Source of the DNA: Phoronis australis
Lineage: Eukaryota > Animalia > Phoronida
Length of the DNA stretch: 47,009 bases
Reading direction: 5' to 3'
Assembly (NCBI GenBank): GCA_002633005.1
Contig: NMRA01000419.1
Coordinates: 55,256-102,264, forward strand
Shown here: positions 12,491 through 23,700 of the stretch, piece after piece
How positions within the stretch are numbered: the first letter of the stretch is position 1
Layout: every line of letters starts with the position of its first letter
Program-made: the position numbers and the translations under genes
Notes under the pieces: generated by a model
The model's database searches: none
Seen by the model: the letters and a program-made list of their open reading frames with translations, nothing else
Told to the model about the DNA's origin: nothing

Positions 12491-13933
12491 TCATCGATAA
12501 CGGACCCTCGCGTTATTGGACCTTGCTGGTGAATCCAATCCCATTATATAGGCCATTTCTGTCTGCTGAGCAATCATCCCAGAACTCGCACCTGTATTAG
12601 ATGAGCCCATATCTGTTACATTCATCGGCTGACTGATTCTTGTGATGCCCAATGCCGACTTCTGTTGTAAGCTTTCGTGTCGCGGCTCTTCTTGCTTCAT
12701 GACTGTCTCACTTGAACGGCCACCGCGAAAACTTTCATATTTTACCAACTGTTCGTTTGTTTCAGAAATGTCGCTAGTACCGACAAAACCCGGTTTTGAG
12801 GGTCCTGCTGGAAATGACTGCCATGCAGGGACTGCAAAAGAATCTTTGCGATTTTGTGGCTGAGGAGCATCAAAAACCTGTGTACCAAATGGCCTTTTTA
12901 CCTTCGCCTTAAGCAATTTCAGGTACTCCTCGTCTCCTTCTACACCAGGTAGTTCGCCCTTTGTCCATGGATTGGTCGCGCATGGCTTTGCGTTCAATAG
13001 GAGCCCTATGTCGTATTCCCGATTATATAGCCAGGGACATTGTGAGCGCGGTCTGTCTATAGGGCCCATAGGAGGTGCAACGCCAACGCCAGACTTGCAT
13101 GACGAAGCAGTAGTAGTGAATGGTGCCACATACCATTCATTTGGTGGCATGTTTTTCAATTCTTCTTCCATTTGTTTGTATCTCGCGGGCACTTGTTTCT
13201 TCTCATATGTCTTTTCTTTACCCTTTTCCACTTTTTTCAAGGATTTCTTCCAATTTTCCAAATTTTCTCGTACATTGGCACCTTCTTTTAGCCTTAATTG
13301 TTTCCGACTTTCTATGTCTTGTAGAATTGCTTCGTGGTCCGCTTCTTCTGTCTTTGCCCTAATGTTTTTCAGCTTGGCACGCACAGCCTCAAAACTTCCG
13401 CGCTCCTTACTCTTTGAAGACGCTTTCTTCTCGTCGGATTTTTTTGATTTCGACACACTTTTTTTCTTAGTCAGGGTAGAGTTTTCGCGCGATCTGTGTA
13501 TCTTAACATTTTTTTCATCGTTAGGTTCTTGAAAATCATGCTTCGAATGTTTGCTCGTTGACGACTTAATACCAACACTTTTTTGTTTTCCCGATATCTT
13601 GTGCTCTTCCACACCGTGTGCATCCGCATCATGTGACCTTCTTTTCTGATGGTGTTTCTTTCGGTCGTTTGACGATGCGCTCTTTTTGACTCCGTCAGAA
13701 TTGCCATCAGATTGTTTGGACTTCAGGGAACTCTTCCTCTGTTTTGTTGTCGGTTGCTCGCTTGTCTTCTCACCACTTGAACCTGTTTTAGGCTTGCTTT
13801 CTTTTTTAGTCAGATTACCACTTGCCGCTGATGAAGCCTTTTTTCCATCCTTATTTTTTTTATCCTTTTTCTTTTTCCCGGAATCGGTCTTGTCCTTCTT
13901 AGACTTTCCTTTCGGTGATTTACTTTTTCCCAT
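12491..13933 (-). CDS. Uncharacterised 480-aa Lys/Ser-rich basic protein, single uninterrupted ORF
   Basis: 1443-nt open frame in AT-rich DNA. First ATG at 13933 in good context (gcaaagATGG) with an in-frame TAA upstream; the track's 13975 start is TTG. Low-complexity basic N terminus, predicted coiled-coil middle, complex C terminus. Confidence 0.8.
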   Translation of the reverse strand: MGKSKSPKGKSKKDKTDSGKKKKDKKNKDGKKASSAASGNLTKKESKPKTGSSGEKTSEQPTTKQRKSSLKSKQSDGNSDGVKKSASSNDRKKHHQKRRSHDADAHGVEEHKISGKQKSVGIKSSTSKHSKHDFQEPNDEKNVKIHRSRENSTLTKKKSVSKSKKSDEKKASSKSKERGSFEAVRAKLKNIRAKTEEADHEAILQDIESRKQLRLKEGANVRENLENWKKSLKKVEKGKEKTYEKKQVPARYKQMEEELKNMPPNEWYVAPFTTTASSCKSGVGVAPPMGPIDRPRSQCPWLYNREYDIGLLLNAKPCATNPWTKGELPGVEGDEEYLKLLKAKVKRPFGTQVFDAPQPQNRKDSFAVPAWQSFPAGPSKPGFVGTSDISETNEQLVKYESFRGGRSSETVMKQEEPRHESLQQKSALGITRISQPMNVTDMGSSNTGASSGMIAQQTEMAYIMGLDSPARSNNARVRYR

Positions 13934-15359
13934 CTTTGCTCCACGAAATGCGGATGTCGTCTGCTTTCTGACCAATGTCTTGTTTGGAAAACATTTTGAA
14001 ATTGTTTACGTGACAAAAGAGTGGTGTTTCATTTTGGCTTTCTTTCTCCGTCACTATTACGTCATAGTGCATATTTCGTAATTTTGGGTGCATTAGACGC
14101 CTGAGTCCTATTATGTTTACGAGCAGTTCTGAGTTGCCTAGTTTAATATGCAACTGCTTAGTGGCACCGCATACCTTAGGCGGCCGACTCGTATCCCCAG
14201 GCACCCCTTGAAGGAAGCGTCGACCGGGGAGATGATGGCTAGAAAATTGCGACGAACGGGAACAGGTCGCAATATTAGAGATCTAATCTTTTCCCAGTTA
14301 GTTTTGCGATAAACCTTAACCAGTGCTGTTTTTAGTAAAGATGCATTGAAGTGATCGGAAATATTCTCATAACTTTGTCAAAGGTTAAAGCACCAAATGC
14401 TATGCAGCGTACATGTGTGCGACTTAATTAGAATGTTATGTTAACGAATCTCAAAACCTGCAGGTAAACCAACACACGTGCCTGATACTTAAGGTTTCTA
14501 CAATAACTGAAATAATCTAAATGTTTTATTACCGCCCAGAAAAATGGGGCATTATATCAGTGATTGATGTACAATTTTATCCTGCAACATTTGATTTTTA
14601 CCTCATATATGTAAGTGTCTGATTTTAGGTTTCTTAAAAGTTAGCGTTTTAGTCTAGTTTTAGGTGATTTCAAGGAGACTGCTGCCAGTTCGTCATTTGG
14701 CGCGTCAATTCTGTCGAAGCCTTTACGTCACATCAAATTAGACTAAAAAAACCCTTCGAGACCCATTTCATAACCGGAAGTAGCATTAACAAAACTTGTT
14801 TCACGACAGAAAGCACGGGATTAATGCACCCTTGTTCATTTCGTTTAGCATAAACGACCCTGTCACGTGATGTAATGTTCTTTAACGGAGAACTTGTGCA
14901 ACTGAGACAAGAAACAAAATTCACGACAAACTTTCCCGAAAGCGATGGAATAAAAATCGCAAATGTTCGATAGTATACCAAAGATTGTGAAATCTGGGAA
15001 CAACATTGGATATTTATAATTATGTTCGTTTAGATTTTCCATGAACCCTTCTACATGTAATTGCTTAGCAAATTGCATTGTAATCAACGGGGTTGGGTCG
15101 GTCATTATATTTGGCTGCTACTAGGACACTACATCAATTGATCGAGAATGAGTATTACACATACGTTTCGGTAGTACATTGTCCATTCATTACGTTTTGC
15201 TACTGCTTTTGTCAAGTTGCGTCATGCCTCTAAACCTACTCAAACCCCACAACTGAAGGGGTTGGACAAGAAGTAGCCTACCATTGAGACGTAGCATAAT
15301 GCTAGACACTTTCAGCGCCCTCGTTTTATCACTGGTTAGCGGAACACAAATTAAAGCAC

Positions 15360-17192
15360 AAGAGATTAAGAGCCATTCCACTAGAAAATCAAAAATATCA
15401 CTGTTGGGGTCATCTTTTAGATTCAGCTTAAACTTTGTGTATGTAATGGTGGTGTGGCTGGGATACAAAAATCACACAGTTTGCTCCTATTGACCTCTGA
15501 ATTATTTACCTATAGTCCTTCAAAGGTTCACAAAGAAAATAGTACAGCGATTTTCTAGTTAGTAATATTGCATGCAATGAGAGAAAACACATACTGGGAT
15601 TAGGAAGTGGTGCATAAGGACTACCTAATAAAATTGATACTGATAATTCCCTGCATTCATCACGCGACAAGGGAAATAAATCCGGAGGCACTTTTTTGTA
15701 GTTTGAAAGTGGGTGTCACTCAAGTGCTTCTACAAGTCAGTTTGCGAGGCTTTGGACATTGAAGAATGTGTTGGATAGATCTTGGATATATGGGCTAATT
15801 TAAGAAATCTCTAAAATGGGCTTTTTTACTTTTTCTTCTAAAAATGCCGCAACAATGTTTTGTAAACGAAATGTTTTGTGACTTCATTACTTATGAAATG
15901 GTTTCAAGAAATAATTAAAAGAATCAACATTTTAGAGACCATAATACAGTCTGACATATCCATACACCCGTTTACCCATTAAGCGTTCATAAGTGACCGT
16001 GGGTCAGAGATTGCACAGGTGATGACATATTTCTTAACAGTTAATATCCAACTCGGTGAACGCCCTTAGACACAATTTTTAGGCTGATATGAATAATTCA
16101 TGCGATTTTTAATGAAATATTCCGATTCGTGCACTATTCAAGGCGATTTAGCTTTTATTTATAAACAATTCTTATGAATTAAGTGTTTGAGACCACATGA
16201 AGCGGACGAACCGAATTTTTTTTTCACTTTGTAGACAAAAGCCTATATCACAGCAATGGCATCGATGTCTGAAACACAAAAATGAAAACATTATCAAAAT
16301 TGCATGGTGCGTTCAAATGTTATCGCTATTTATGTGTCACATTTTGATATGCTGTTAATTTTATGAGGTCAGCCATCTTGGATGCCAGCGGCATAAGTTA
16401 CGAGTTTAAAAGTGCTTAAAATTATTTTCTCGAATATTCTAACAGTAAAATTTAGTGACACATATCATTACCTGCCATTCTGTACAACCCAAGAGTTTAC
16501 AACATAATTTAATCCCGCAGGACTAATTTATTGATGGGTCAATTTGTTCACAATTCACGGTGGACAGCATGGCGACTTTTGCTGAACTGAAAGGCATGTT
16601 TAACCTGCTACAGTGTCATCGCTGAAGATTAAATTACAATAGTGCCTACATTTGTAGACACGCTGCTACCAAAAATCAGTTTTGTACAAATTTCTGGTGT
16701 TTATGGCATAGCTATTTATTTCAATGTGAAGTGCATTTTCAATTGACACTGCACTCTGTTAAAAATAATTATTGGAAATTGCGTTGAAATCGTTTTTTTC
16801 GTTTTAAAGTCAACTTTTCTTCAACATATGATTATGTGTCACAAGAGGACACATATGTTTCTTAATTTTATGCATAAAATGTGCTTTTGATTCATGCATG
16901 TTTTGTAGCTAGTTATTTTCTGCTTCAGGTTATACCAAACCAATAAAATGTGAAAATTATTACTTGATTAACAGAAATAGGCTACAATTGGACGATGAAG
17001 TGTAAAGCTTACACGGATCCTTCAGCCTTATAGCTTCATACATTTATTATAATGCTTGTCAAATTCTAGTTTAGGAGGAACGGTTTTATGGTACCCAGTC
17101 GCCATGGTAACAATTATGCATGTCCACTTTCATAATTAACGTGATTTTGGTTCAGCCGGTATTGCTGAAATTCTAGGTTACTTATTGTGGCA
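15360..17192 (-). repeat. Right arm of long diverged inverted repeat (partner 9459-11170)
   Basis: Reverse-complement match to the left arm, with ~190 bp extra near 15410-15600. Confidence 0.9.
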
Positions 17193-17617
17193 AAAGGTTG
17201 TTAGGATCATTTTAGTTTACATTAATTTGTACTGAGATCAAATTGTTAGATTTAGCCTTAGCTACCATGACAGTTTGAAACCCGTGCGTCCAATGTTTTT
17301 AAAACATATCATCTCTTATGGGAGTGTGACAACAAGTGACAATTTTAGTTTTGGGTGAAATCAGTTAAACGATTAGGATCCGGTAAAGATGACAAATCTC
17401 CAAAAACTCAGATTACGGGCACAGCACCAGTTAGCAGCTGACGGGGGCACAGCACAGGTTACACACACGAACGGTTTCCAAAATGCTAAAACTGTCACTG
17501 GTGGGGGCAGCACAGGTTACAATCATTCGAAAACATGCATGTACTAAATAATATTAGTTTTTGGCCAAATTAAAAGTAAGAAGTGGAAAATAAAAAAGAC
17601 GCTAGAGTTCAGCATGT

Positions 17618-17656
17618 AAACGACGTTTCGGCATTAATCAAAAGTCATCCTCAGGG
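17618..17656 (-). ncRNA. Degenerate minimal hammerhead ribozyme motif, Penelope/retrozyme type
   Basis: Minus strand cc-CTGAGGA-tgacttttgattaatgcc-GAAAC-gtcgttt; partial inverted copy at 17686-17724. Helix II pairs poorly. Confidence 0.5.
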
Positions 17657-17744
17657 ACACTGGTAGATAGAAAGCAATCATAACGTGATGCTAGATTAAT
17701 ATCGAAACGTCGTTTTCAAACATGCATGTGCCATCGTTTCCTCT

Positions 17745-18000
17745 ATAGACCTAATTCTCGCGGCGGACATTAAAATCCAAAGTGAGGCTCATTGCTATAA
17801 ACAAAGCGGAAGTTGACAGTGCGTGAGTTAAATGGCCGGTCTTTCGAGTCCAACCTGGATATTAAATCTTAAAAATGAATCGATAATTATCAACAGAGAC
17901 GTAGAAAAATACATTAGAGAACAAGTCAATGCACCAAAGAGTTGTCTGACGAAAGGGTCCAAGTTTTTGTCGGAAAACTAGGTTCAAAACATAAAAAGTA
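17745..18000 (+). mobile_element. Possible ISL2EU-like transposon end with start of a decayed ORF
   Basis: Begins atagacc; ATG at 17832 gives ...KSCLTKGSKFLSEN*VQNIK, resembling a KG.KF..E.YV..I motif I recall from SWIM/YqaJ-type ORFs; followed by a gtaa donor-like site. Confidence 0.35.
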
Positions 18001-20776
18001 AATATGACCAAGTGGCGGCGATCGTAGTGTTACGGATTAGGTATTATGCTGAATTCAGGATTAGGTTCCTTCCTGTAAATTGTTGATAATGCTTTCTACA
18101 CAAACCAGGTCATCTGCTTGTATTGTTGACGAGTTGAAAATATATTCGACTGTGGTGGCTCATCACATTTTGCTGTCATGTGCAATTAGTCACATCTGGT
18201 TTAATTTGTTGATCAAGCATAGCCTAGGTCCTGGTGAGCTAGGGACTACCGAGACTAACAGTTAATTTGTCATTGATCTGGATGAATAATTGATGTCATT
18301 AATTATATTTTTTATTAAAATAAACAACTTGGCTCGTAATTGAAACTAAAATTATTTGACCATCAATTCTGCTTTCTTCAGTTGGTTTTAATATTTCTTT
18401 CATCTATTTCATGTGTTAGGTTTCAAATATCAATCTGGACCAAGTTGAATTTTAAAATTAAAACACCTAATTCGTTCGTCCAAAGCATAACATCGTTTTA
18501 GAACTTAATTTCAGTTAAGTGGACAGAGCAAGCATAGTTATCATGTTTCTTCTGGGGCCTCGTTCATCCGAGGGGAAATTAGGTGCCTGTGCCTTAATTC
18601 TGAGAGGAGAATGTTTTGCTGAGTGAGGGGAAAAATCTACCTCCCGATCACCATGAGTAGCACCCCTGCCCTGTTTCAAGTTCTCATAGGCTCTGTCTCA
18701 AGTAGCATTTATAAATTTTACACAGATGTGTTTTCCTTCGACGTATGGCGACGACCCAACGCTTCCGAATCTCAACGTCCTTAGGGATTGTAAAACAGGC
18801 AGTTGAATGTCCGTATTTTTTCTAGCCGTCGGCAACACGGAATACACTGAACTATGACCATAAGCCAACAGAGCTATCGTAGCGAGCCTCGTTTTGGAAC
18901 AATCCTCCTGTCGGCGTGATTTAGGGCTAAGAAAAGGTTTGGCAAAATTTCATGAAATTTCACCAAAGAAATCTAGTTATAGAAACTGTCACCAGGGGCC
19001 AACAGGAGTAGAATTATCTATAAATTGACGTCGACTGAGTTGTTCACTATAGAAACCTATTTGCAATTATTAATAAAACTTCTCTATGAGGTTCACGAAA
19101 TACAACTGCATAGTGAGGCACTGAAAAATACGCGGTGGTGCAATGTCCTTTCTATTAGCTGGCTTGAAAACAAACAAAAGCCCATTTTTTATTTTTATAG
19201 TTTCGTAGCTTGACAGCAAACTGATGGAAAATATTATTGGTAGTCACCAGCACCCCACAACCTGGCACCCAGAGCACCTAAAATTGGCTAAAAACCAAAG
19301 ATACAAAATTGGGCAAAATTTACCGAGTTTTGACACTCCAGTGAAGGTTAACGGAAACTCCTTCAAAAATGCGAAGACTCTTCTGATGGAGAGGTTCAAT
19401 GTCTACATAAGCATTATAAAAAAATTTCTTTCCCATTTTAAGCCGTTTTAAAACAGCTTCACTAACTGAACCTTTTAAATCAGAAATGGGCCATTTCGGA
19501 CCAAAATATTTAAAAAACAACGGCCCAAAAAATTCAAATAAACATTTTGAACATATCTTACCAGAATGTATGAAAATGGAAATGTTTTTCAAGATCTGAG
19601 TCGGTGATCTTAGAGTTGACCTCTTATGGAATGACAGTTAAAACATCAAGCCGCATGCACGAATGCATGGGTTCCTACTGAGCTCCAATTTGCGTGCGCA
19701 GTTGGAGTGTATCCTTAAGCCTGGATGGCAAACATTAGTATTAACACAGCGCGGCGACGTGTCTGTTGCCAAGTCAATGATTAGCTTAAAACAATTGACA
19801 GTTTCTTAAAGCACTGATATTGAGAACATAATGCACATTTTCCATAACTTCGGCTCGTGTCAGAAATGCAAAAAGCTCACGTGGGGGCTTTTAGAACCCT
19901 GTTTCCGAAACGGCCCCCGTGAGCTAGGGGCTTTTACGGAAACTCGACATGTTTCTTAGTACGACAGCACGACAACCGTTTCACCTGTCCGCGAAATAGA
20001 TAGATATCTTTGTTGGTCGCCGTCTTTTTGATGCACGCAAAGGATGCTGGCAGAATGTTTAGTGTTGGCCGGAGATTTACCAGCAACAGTCCTATAAAGT
20101 GTTGGTCGCGTGGACCTGATAATCTGAGCGACTAAATCCTGTCATAGGTTTTAACTATCACTTTTTACATGGTAGCGTGAAAGAGGTATGTTGAGGTGAT
20201 TACATTTTATCAATAAGATCACTACACGCATAACAATGTAACAGCCTTCTGGAAAAACACTACAATACGAAAATCATTTCTATTTTAGTGAGACGGTCTG
20301 AGTTTATCTAATAATTTATCTTCCAAGTAATGTCATGTAATATTTTTGTCGTTTAAGTTATTTAGGTTTCCACTTTAATGTTAACAAACAGCTGCTTTAA
20401 TTTTGGAAATGTACGAAAGAGTGTCTCAAACGAGCGGGTTTCTCTGAAAATCGCTGATGGAAATAAGGGCAGTCTTTAAGAAACAAGTTACTTTTAAATG
20501 CTAGGCAGAAGTGCATGTCATATGATATTGAAATAACACCACACTAACGATGAAAACGTGTTTTGTCACTCCGTCAACACAAAACAGCATTTTTGAGCTA
20601 AGGCGCAAACACGATAAAAAGAAGACTATACTCATCGGTCATTGAATTTAATAGGAAAAGGTAAGATTTTGACATTTTAAAAGTCTTTATAGATTTCTGT
20701 CGCAGAAACTGTTATTCTAAAATTCGCTGCTTACATTTTTGGGATTATAGTGACTCTCGTCCTTCCAATTCGTTTG

Positions 20777-20964
20777 AATCAAACATTCTGGTGTCTGACG
20801 TAGCAAGCTTCAACCCGTCGCAAAATCAAACATTCTGGTGTCTGACATAGCAAGCTTCAACCCGTCGCAAAATCAAACATTCTGGTGTCTGACATAGCAA
20901 GCTTCAACCCGTCGCAAAATCAAACATTCTGGTGTCTGACATAGCAAGCTTCAACCCGTCGCAA
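20777..20964. repeat. 47-bp tandem repeat x4
   Basis: Unit aatcaaacattctggtgtctgacatagcaagcttcaacccgtcgcaa, one substitution in copy 1. Confidence 0.95.
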
Positions 20965-21707
20965 ATTAAGAAATTCACGAAGATGTGAAAACGGTAAATA
21001 AATCTGTAAACCAAAGAGTCGTCACCCGTTTCGCATTATCGACCCTTCTGATAATTAACCCTTCGTACTTTATACCCTTCGAACTATTGCCGGCTGAAGG
21101 AATTTCACTTCGACGCTCTACCTTGCGGACTATCTAGCTGCCCTCTAACTAATTTTAGTTTCATGTCTGCACTAAATGGTACACCCCCATCTCGAAGAAA
21201 TGTTGTGAACCTGGGAACATCCAATAAGAATAGCTTATTCAGGAATAACGCGTCGTCTACCATATACGTCATTCCAACCATAGACATACATACCAGCCAT
21301 TATATGCATGTATCTATGATTCCCACAATTAACTCAAACATATTTCCCATACTGCTTTACGTAACCAGTGACGCGATTCTGGGGAATGATTTACCAACTG
21401 CTTTCAACACTAAGGTAAAAAATACTAATTATTCGGACCAGCAACTTTGGCTAATAGCATCCCCCATTTATATAGAAACACGTCAAGCTGAACACGTTTA
21501 CTTTCAATCTGAAAAGTATGTTTATATTTAACGAAATCTGCCTTTTTAAAAGTACAAAAATAAGTGCTTTCCAGCAATGAAACGTGAGCTACATGTATTT
21601 TACCGTCCGACTTACCCTTCACAGAGGAGCGGGTAGGACTTGTGGAAACAATATTGGGCATGCGCCGGGCACATTTAACAGTTTTTCAGCACACATTACT
21701 GATAATT

Positions 21708-21918
21708 TATGCGCGCATCTAGCCTAAAGTATAGGGGGGCTCGAATTTTTGGCAATGTGTGTCTTTTACTAACAAAAAACGAGGTACCACGTTCAGATCT
21801 ATGAATTGCGCATTCGGGCCTATTTAGTGGACTTTTGTCTCGTTTTATCGGAGTTTTTATTTCTCTGAGGGGTATCTTTTTGCTCTCCGAGCCCCCACCC
21901 CGCCTGGGTGCGCGCATG
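21708..21918. mobile_element. Short MITE with hAT-like ends
   Basis: atgcgcgcatctag...ggggggctcg versus cgagccccc...ctgggtgcgcgcatg; no TSD seen. Confidence 0.55.
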
Positions 21919-22748
21919 GAACCATGCGTCGGCACAACGTAATAAACTTACCTGTTAACTATACTTGGTGGAGTGGACTTGGCCAATATAATAAACTGCA
22001 TTTCACCTTGTTTATGTAAATAGTTATAAGCGAAAATAGAGTCAAGATTGTTACTCTTTTACTCTCATAAATCGGTCTCATTTTATTTTTTACCGTGCTA
22101 GGCTTCTACATGTATTTTCGTTACAAAAAGAACACTAAACTCATCAGAGACCATACAAAACACTTCAATTTTATAAGGGTTTGCCAACCTTGAAATTGAG
22201 GATCAGAAAATGGAAAATTTACGTATAACTTGTGACGTGTGCTCATTCTGCAATAATTCAATATCGGATGGATGTGGTGATGTTTTCAGACCTTAAAACC
22301 AATTCGATATTACAGCTAGACAGGTTTGTCAGCTTTTAAATTGCGTCGAGTGGTGGCGCAATGCTCATCACGGAGTTATACTATGAATGGAAAAGATCGC
22401 TGGATGATCAGTCAATGCGACGACTATCGTTAATCAACACCTGTTTAGAGGCCAACGAGCTCGAAGCGAGGATGGGTTTTTGTGGGCTGTCAGTTATTTG
22501 TAAAGCACTCAGGTGAGAAATAATGTTATTATCAATGCCACCTAACCAGCAAATTTGGTAAATTTGCGAATTAGAACAACTTTCAGAGAAATTATAGAGT
22601 TATGTCTTTTGGTAAATTGAACTTGTTTCTTTCAGTTAAATCTACTTGTATGATGTGATTCATGGTAACCTCGTCATCTATTAGAACTATCACATTATAA
22701 AGCGCTTATAAAACCGTCTTACGTCACAACAACTAAATTTCTACTTAC

Positions 22749-23089
22749 ACCACGTACCCGTGTCGCGTGGTCTCCAAGTGTTCCATAGACAAAATAGGTA
22801 CGATTTCTGGCTATGAAGGAACACTTGGCTGCTGTTTGAGACGATGTCTCATTTGACGAGCATGGTCTCGAGCAACAACGGGTGTCAGTTTTTGCACGAC
22901 CAAAATCGCTTCTGGTCTCACCAAGGAGCAAGTTGAAATCAACAATAGCGGTAAGTGGCACAAATCGAAAGTAAGATTCTTCGGCGGAATGCAGCCTGCC
23001 TCTTTCAGAGTTTGAGTACTTTGTACATGGATTGTCGTACTTGATGTTTAGTTCAGTCGTAATTGTCACACGATCCAAATAGTACGTTA
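22749..23089 (-). CDS. Candidate internal coding exon, unknown gene
   Basis: 341-nt stop-free stretch between acceptor tctgatcgcag and donor gtaagt on the minus strand; peptide not recognised. Confidence 0.3.
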
Positions 23090-23519
23090 CTGCGATCAGA
23101 ATATAACTTTGGTTGAAAATTATTTGTGCATCGTAATGGTAGCAAATCACACAACACGTGATCTGGTTTGCTCACTCTTCTTTTCGGTGCTGTCAAGGTT
23201 TGTCATTGTCACGAAACTCAACTTTACTAGTGGTGGGAACAATCGCTATGTATTTAACTCTACAACTACGAACAGAAAAAGCATGATCATCGAGGACCTC
23301 GTTTGATGATGTCAGATTCATATGAATTTATTAGGCGTCTTCATACTTCACGTTTTATGCACCCAACTTAATTACCTGAATTGCCTTCTGCGAACGGGTT
23401 CACAGAATATGCAAAAATCTTCTCCCCAAAGGAATACCCACTGAGGATAAGCTGAAGGGTATTGGGGATAATGTTTCCCTCAGAGGACCTTTCCGGTGGC
23501 TGGAACCTGACTGCATCAA

Positions 23520-23700
23520 CATTTTTAGGCACATTATGCCGTCATCCCTGTCCGTCCGTCTGTCTGTCCGAACGTCCGTCTGTCCAACCGTCCAACGTTC
23601 ACTCTTGTATCTCAAAAACCTCTTTATGGAAGTTCATGAAAATTTGCAGATATGTTGCTTTCTTAGATGTGACGGTGTGTTCGGACGGATCCGACAACCG
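23520..23700 (+). mobile_element. HINE/DINE-1-like (Helentron-associated) fragment
   Basis: T-rich start, gtcc/gtct microsatellite, then atctc...ttcatgaaaatttg, a layout typical of such elements. Confidence 0.5.

Noticed and set aside
12642-14081. Plus-strand ORFs of 186, 131, 80 and 73 aa
   Set aside because: Antisense shadows of the Lys-rich ORF; the Phe/Ser/Leu bias mirrors its codons.
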